From IMG/VR virus record IMGVR_UViG_3300016476_001289: 64,000 nt of DNA. One strand, given 5' to 3'. How positions within the stretch are numbered: the first letter of the stretch is position 1; the number at the start of each line of letters is the position of its first letter. This DNA is from a virus. The notes below the pieces were generated by a model, which searched no databases, was not told where the DNA came from, and saw only the letters and a list, made by a program, of their open reading frames with translations. A program made the position numbers and the translations under genes. Below, one piece after another: positions 59,801 through 64,000 of the stretch.

Positions 59801-61978
59801 TACCCATCCAGCAAAAGTAGAACTAATAGGAACGAGAGCGATAGATGTAGCAGAATAGGTGCTTAAATATGTGATGCTTGTATTACCTACACCAACAATT
59901 TTAAAAGCACCATTATTTTCTTTAGTCTTAGACCCATATACAACTACATATAATTCAGAACTTAAACCTGTTTTATCTGTCCCATTCGCTGTAAGTAGGT
60001 TTTCAAGAGTTTCAGTTCCATTTAATAGCTTAATAGTGCCATTTAGATAGTTTGTAAAATCAAAACCTAAGTCTATTACATAATATCCTGAACTAGGTTG
60101 GTTATTAATCAACTTATTATCAGCAGATGCAGGTGATACATTAGTGAATTTAAGAGTAGAATAAACTAAACCACCTAAAACTAAGAAAGGTTTTTCAAAG
60201 TTATATTCAGGTAAAGGAGATAGAGAGATACCATCTGTAGTGGTGTAATTAGGATAAACACCCGCTATTTGAGTATCGTCATTGATAAATCTCATTTTAA
60301 TTGAGTCGGGTGATTCATAGGGGGCTATAAATCTAACTGCTCGGTCATCATTAAGAAGACCACCTCTTGCCCCACCTGTTTGACCATCTAGGTTTAAGAA
60401 TACAACACAACCATTTCTCCAGTTACCTGAAGTGTGTAAGAAACCTGTAGGGTATAAATCAGCATTTACTTCCCAATTTGTATTTAAGAAAGAAGTAGCT
60501 GTAAAATTCTTAGCATCTAGGGTTACAGTAGGATCAAGTAATACCGTTACATCTTTTTGTAAGAAAGCACTATCTGACCATAATGTTCTAATACCATTAG
60601 GTGCATCTAATAACCCTGTGTCATTATAAGCACTACTACCAAGAACATCTACTTGTTCAATAACAAGACCTTCAGAATTACCTGTGCCACCATTACTTGA
60701 TTGCTTCCATGTAGTCTTTAAACGATTAAAGAGAATATCAGAAACAGTAGATTGTAATAATCTTTGATAATCCCACCCACTTAAACTTACTGATCTTCTT
60801 AAATCGAGAATATCTTGTAATGCTACTTGATCAGCATATAGACCATCAGGTCGAGAATTATAGACTTTAATAGCAGTACCCACAGGGTGATATTTAGCTT
60901 GAGTGCCTAAAAGACCTCTTGTAAGACCTGTAATAGAAGTAGTCCCTGCATTAACACCTGTTGCTCTCACGATTTCTTTGTCAATACCTTCACCTATTTC
61001 AATAAAGATAGGGTAAAGACCTGATTGTGAAAATTCACTACCTGTATAAGTAGTAGCAATAATAGCAGATGTAGCAGAGGAAGTTAAAGCTGTGGTTAAG
61101 GTAGCAGGTGTTAATTCTCTAGGTGTAGTGGTAATAGCTCTTGTAGTACTACCATTATGGTTAGGATTACCACCATTAACAACATTTACATATTCACTTT
61201 TATTTCTTCTAAAAACAGCACAGATAGGAATAGCATAGACATAACCATCTACGGAAGCTGTTGTGACACTAGAAACATCAGCTCTCCAGCAAGTAGGGTC
61301 ACCTAATGAGTGCATACTAGTAAAGTTTTTATTAGTGATGGGGGAAGTTGCATTACCTTGAGCAAAGATAGTAGGTGTTTCTAAACCATCAGGATAGATA
61401 CCTATATCAATATCATCTACAACACGAATACGATATTGGACTTGAACTCTTTTAGTGGTTTCAAATCCTATATCTCCATCTATAAGTTCTTCAGTAGGGT
61501 TATCTGTGCCACCGTAATCTCTATTACCGTATTTATAGACTTTATCAGCAGAGGGTTTATTATCGGTGCTAGGATTAGCAGAGATGAGGGATTTCCAAAC
61601 TTCAAGGAAGATAAAATCGGTTCTATTGCCTGATGCTGGTGCATCAGAGAGTTCGATGATATTATCTGTAGTAGTGGAATTAACACCTGTGATATTGACA
61701 ATGAGACCATTAACGATAGCAGTTGTAGGTTTAATTTTGAAGAGATTAGAGTAGTTAGATTCACAAACGAAATCACTATCGGTGAATAGTGGGTCAGATA
61801 AGAATCCACTATTAGCGATTTCTTTGAGAGAATCTCTAAGGTTTTCAAAAGAGACTTGACCTACAAAGTTAAGTTCGGAATCTAGTGGTGGTTTACCTTG
61901 TTGCCATATAACTTGAGTATATCTTCTATTGATATAGTTAAGTACATTACTGACTTCATTTCCATAATTATCTGCCAT
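56900..61978 (-). CDS. Large putative baseplate/tail structural protein
   Basis: N-terminal WQQGKPPLDSELN, R.DFIFLEVW, ETTKRVQVQYR, RPDGLYAD. Thr/Gly-rich. Confidence 0.7.
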   Translation of the reverse strand: MADNYGNEVSNVLNYINRRYTQVIWQQGKPPLDSELNFVGQVSFENLRDSLKEIANSGFLSDPLFTDSDFVCESNYSNLFKIKPTTAIVNGLIVNITGVNSTTTDNIIELSDAPASGNRTDFIFLEVWKSLISANPSTDNKPSADKVYKYGNRDYGGTDNPTEELIDGDIGFETTKRVQVQYRIRVVDDIDIGIYPDGLETPTIFAQGNATSPITNKNFTSMHSLGDPTCWRADVSSVTTASVDGYVYAIPICAVFRRNKSEYVNVVNGGNPNHNGSTTRAITTTPRELTPATLTTALTSSATSAIIATTYTGSEFSQSGLYPIFIEIGEGIDKEIVRATGVNAGTTSITGLTRGLLGTQAKYHPVGTAIKVYNSRPDGLYADQVALQDILDLRRSVSLSGWDYQRLLQSTVSDILFNRLKTTWKQSSNGGTGNSEGLVIEQVDVLGSSAYNDTGLLDAPNGIRTLWSDSAFLQKDVTVLLDPTVTLDAKNFTATSFLNTNWEVNADLYPTGFLHTSGNWRNGCVVFLNLDGQTGGARGGLLNDDRAVRFIAPYESPDSIKMRFINDDTQIAGVYPNYTTTDGISLSPLPEYNFEKPFLVLGGLVYSTLKFTNVSPASADNKLINNQPSSGYYVIDLGFDFTNYLNGTIKLLNGTETLENLLTANGTDKTGLSSELYVVVYGSKTKENNGAFKIVGVGNTSITYLSTYSATSIALVPISSTFAGWVDDTTSTAVTVEFRTQRTSALDGDITIDPTNPKSLCVVMTELDALNINTSKLLLNTSLLYSSNRGATSRVPDNIHTIEVSSGNLFVSNKQIDLDATYGKDVVKLPVDTHIQLWNRLGSQGLDITETTNHGGNTILGSDIDREGECFVDNGSKTIMVRPLRKRNLVVQEFTTTPTGCLFGDIAYTSTITKDGGALFTEATNATYNPKLGLALPYEYLPKFGRLDIPYHTRISGDVYLAGLNHLFADTDDTASDVFKIIGGISTGGANKSIYPMLFSTGTTGLDYGEYGAITSGHQAYGARKVSLTNLPTNDLGSTLDGIEIPPYLGFARVYGVYELADYVAKVNTTFKGAHQADRITPITDPPTNLLRTDATKYTMYIRQGGGNDVTGHDDSHTYILTSHAIDITKIPTWTLGDVFSDFEYVVEATIFGFAEGFINKNNYVLVRRYNNVDTSKRTEVLPQELTLPFIIPTALESNDEVYVGYTRTVYQGDPLHTKGGTSLQYSESTARYGLTPVSSQYNGGQVRGQFEADGSVALDIVNPRPLKVLASLDFYLTLGTGKIGGSLYNNTLTDVGVISSHSVPTTSTDPIVKYNPNAFTADVKDTSSVASGVLVIYSSGGTANQYIRLTITTSNDTTSVTIGSTNEADLNGFVTDINATNLVNATYISSPGTTSTELGYILITAKEKGTVGNDITLFIDSSNTGSLSNLNLLTRAYLRTGSNLGYSTTDTKYTKINLSGGVDIPNNAGDGNIDISLVGLTSRLPLGLLVNDSDFLCEDILNDGTSYMDSLPGLIKVPSIQTPLRGAKAYPKINGVAGDTLVMCEGAELSYSAWSLTNTSGTQKYRTNRGASLFGVDGSPLTYANKSFSTEINPVLKGGVLLCKAMLVQNYDETLSTYNLSYGDELQVVITTQAIYRSDDNSPITLQGSISPSGYGEGYASADRYFIKGRPVVKNNSVKPDTTTSPAPYQR

Positions 61979-61991
61979 TTTGTTTTATCTC

Positions 61992-62627
61992 CTACACATA
62001 TAAAATAGCGAATGCTAATAAGTAGATATTTTTAGATGAATTATTGACGAAATTTAATTGAATGTCCGTTTGAGTGGAAGCATAACTCAAGGATTCAAGT
62101 AAATTTACAGGTCTAAATATAGCATCTGGTGTCCCTACACTATATACAGTAAAATCATTAGTTCTAGATAAATCATATTCTTGAATGATAGGCATATTAG
62201 ATTGACTTGGTAGAGGTGATTTATCATTAGAATAAGAAATAGTAGCTGATCTCCAATAGACCATAATTTTATCTGTTCCACTAGGGATAGTGATATTTGT
62301 GGTGAATATACCACTAGTATTAGCAATACCTTGTACAGAATTAGGTAAGCTACCACCTAAAGATATAAAACCTGAAGTTGTATCTATATAATTAATATCT
62401 GTATTATCTAATAGGGGGTTATAGATAATACCTCTATATGTGGGGTAGGTATCTAAGATAGCATTTTCAATATCTGTTCTTAGGGTACTAATGATAGAAG
62501 AAGGTGATAGTGTAGATTTAACAAAATCAGGTTCATCTAGGAAGTATCTTCCATTCATAGCTATAGGGCTAAGAGAAGAAGAAACTTGTTGGACTATGGA
62601 ATTATCTTTTCTATTTACGATTATCAT
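61992..62627 (-). CDS. Putative virion structural protein
   Basis: Sits between two structural-like genes in the same operon. Confidence 0.55.
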   Translation of the reverse strand: MIIVNRKDNSIVQQVSSSLSPIAMNGRYFLDEPDFVKSTLSPSSIISTLRTDIENAILDTYPTYRGIIYNPLLDNTDINYIDTTSGFISLGGSLPNSVQGIANTSGIFTTNITIPSGTDKIMVYWRSATISYSNDKSPLPSQSNMPIIQEYDLSRTNDFTVYSVGTPDAIFRPVNLLESLSYASTQTDIQLNFVNNSSKNIYLLAFAILYV

Positions 62628-62640
62628 TTATTTAAAATCC

Positions 62641-64000
62641 TTAGTTTGCCAGCCAGTGACCATTACCACTGCCGTCAATATACCATAAAAGTTGTGCTGT
62701 TGTTTCTCTTGATATAGTAAGACTTGCGTTATTAATATCAAAATGATAAGTAATACTATTATGCCCAAGCGGGATGATGTTTAAAGTAAAGTTTGATGTT
62801 GAATAATTATATACACGAATAACTTTTCCATTAGTAAAAGAAGGTGAGAGATAACAAGATGTAACACCAGAAGGTACGATAATAATCATATTCTCCCCAC
62901 CAACACCAATGACTTGGTTGGTGTCGGTAACAGTTACGGTAGTAGGATTAAAATCTATACTTCCCTTAAAAGATACACTTCTATAAATCTCTGAAACTTG
63001 GTAGTTATATTCTTGTGATACATAACTCGCAGTATGTGTTACATTCGTTAAAGTATTAGAATCAGGTGTGATTTGAATATTATTGTTAAACGCACCTAAA
63101 GTAATATATCCACCTGGAATAATGAAATAATGAGAAGACGCTCTAGATACATATAAATAATCCATACCTGAATTTAAATACTCTTTGAAGTATATGGTAG
63201 AACCTTCAGGGACATCAAAAGAAGCAATACAAAGAACTTGACCCGGTAATGTTGGTTGATGCACTGTAGAATTAAGTGAATATTTAGTGAAATTGTCTTG
63301 TCCTGATGAATAAGATGTAGATATAATAACACTAGTATTTTTAATACTTAACTCACAAGCCCTATGTATATCTCCATCTAAGGTATAGAAATAGAAATAG
63401 GAGTTTAATTGAGCACTAACAGGACTTGCTGTTCTTATATATACATAATACCTAGTTCTTCTAGAATGACCTAAATTGAAATGCCCATCTATATCCCAAT
63501 GGTCATCTGTTTCATTCCAATATAGGCTTTTATTAACATAATTTCCTCTTTCAACAGTAATACCTGCATTAATAGTAGGATTGCTAGTTTCATCTATATT
63601 AAAAGTAATACCTTTTTGTTTAGGCAATACTAAATCGTGACTAAGATACCATGAATCATTAGTTTCATCCCACTTAATATAAGAATTAGGAGAACTACCT
63701 CTTTCTACTTCTATCGCTAATACATCTGTACCTGAACTTGCTTCGTCATAATTTAAAAGTATAGCTGAAATGGCAGTGGTAGTAGGTTTAGCTATTTTTA
63801 TGGGGTAATTGAAGTCCCACTTATAACCAGCACTAATATTAGCATCAAACTTTAAAATAGCATTAGATGTAAAACCTAATTCTACTTCTATTGCCCTTAC
63901 AGAAGTCCCTAAACCTGACTCATCACTATTTAAAAGAATTACAGGAGTGTCTACACTAGAAGGTTTCTCAATCTTGATTTGGCTATTTGTGTTTAGATAA
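62641..64000 (-). CDS. Tail fibre-like protein, 5'-truncated (frame open to window end)
   Basis: Manual translation shows no stop from 63627 to 64000. Three I.VE[RL]G...[WF][DN] repeats and a C-terminal knob. Confidence 0.7.
   Translation of the reverse strand, partial: YLNTNSQIKIEKPSSVDTPVILLNSDESGLGTSVRAIEVELGFTSNAILKFDANISAGYKWDFNYPIKIAKPTTTAISAILLNYDEASSGTDVLAIEVERGSSPNSYIKWDETNDSWYLSHDLVLPKQKGITFNIDETSNPTINAGITVERGNYVNKSLYWNETDDHWDIDGHFNLGHSRRTRYYVYIRTASPVSAQLNSYFYFYTLDGDIHRACELSIKNTSVIISTSYSSGQDNFTKYSLNSTVHQPTLPGQVLCIASFDVPEGSTIYFKEYLNSGMDYLYVSRASSHYFIIPGGYITLGAFNNNIQITPDSNTLTNVTHTASYVSQEYNYQVSEIYRSVSFKGSIDFNPTTVTVTDTNQVIGVGGENMIIIVPSGVTSCYLSPSFTNGKVIRVYNYSTSNFTLNIIPLGHNSITYHFDINNASLTISRETTAQLLWYIDGSGNGHWLAN

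Noticed and set aside
1-64000. Stop-codon reassignment
   Set aside because: Genes tile densely in the standard code, and TAG and TGA end genes right before the next RBS.
1-64000. Eukaryotic giant virus origin (ClpP, Slx1-like, HDAC)
   Set aside because: Shine-Dalgarno sites, sigma70-like promoters, lipoboxes, the M15A peptidase and SspB point to a bacteriophage.
1-64000. tRNA or rRNA genes
   Set aside because: Intergenic gaps are short and AT-rich, and I saw no cloverleaf or T-loop signature. tRNAscan-SE would confirm.

Overview
An AT-rich, densely coding 64-kb segment that reads as part of a large (jumbo-type) tailed bacteriophage genome in the standard genetic code, with Shine-Dalgarno sites and no visible rRNA, tRNA, integrase, RT or CRISPR. 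Layout: (1) 1-11.6 kb, a modular tail-fibre/adhesin cluster; (2) 11.6-37.4 kb, an accessory region with a CapA-like phosphoesterase, M15A peptidase, a fused restriction-modification enzyme, four more DNA methyltransferases, a ClpP-like protease, lipoproteins, an Slx1-like GIY-YIG nuclease and many small ORFs; (3) 37.4-49.7 kb and 56.9-64 kb, large putative virion proteins; (4) 49.7-56.8 kb, an HDAC-family deacetylase, NAD-dependent ligase, SspB-like adaptor, zinc metallopeptidase and flavoprotein. The most striking signal is a dispersed family of at least eight small + strand genes sharing a ~20-25 aa N-terminal coiled-coil leader (MIxxKIASLEARLxRLExKL..KKA) fused to divergent cargo domains. 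DNA homology between members stops at or near the dibasic-Ala/Ser site. I infer a modular virion-packaging/effector-delivery tag system. A related gene sits between 47-bp direct repeats that record its insertion. Other points: duplicated 'fibre + three MSY-proteins' tip cassettes, a candidate ~77-nt sRNA, clamp-motif-tailed methyltransferases and an SspB lacking its ClpX-binding tail. A Myxococcota/delta-proteobacterial host is a weak inference. All calls come from motif reading by eye; no database searches were run.
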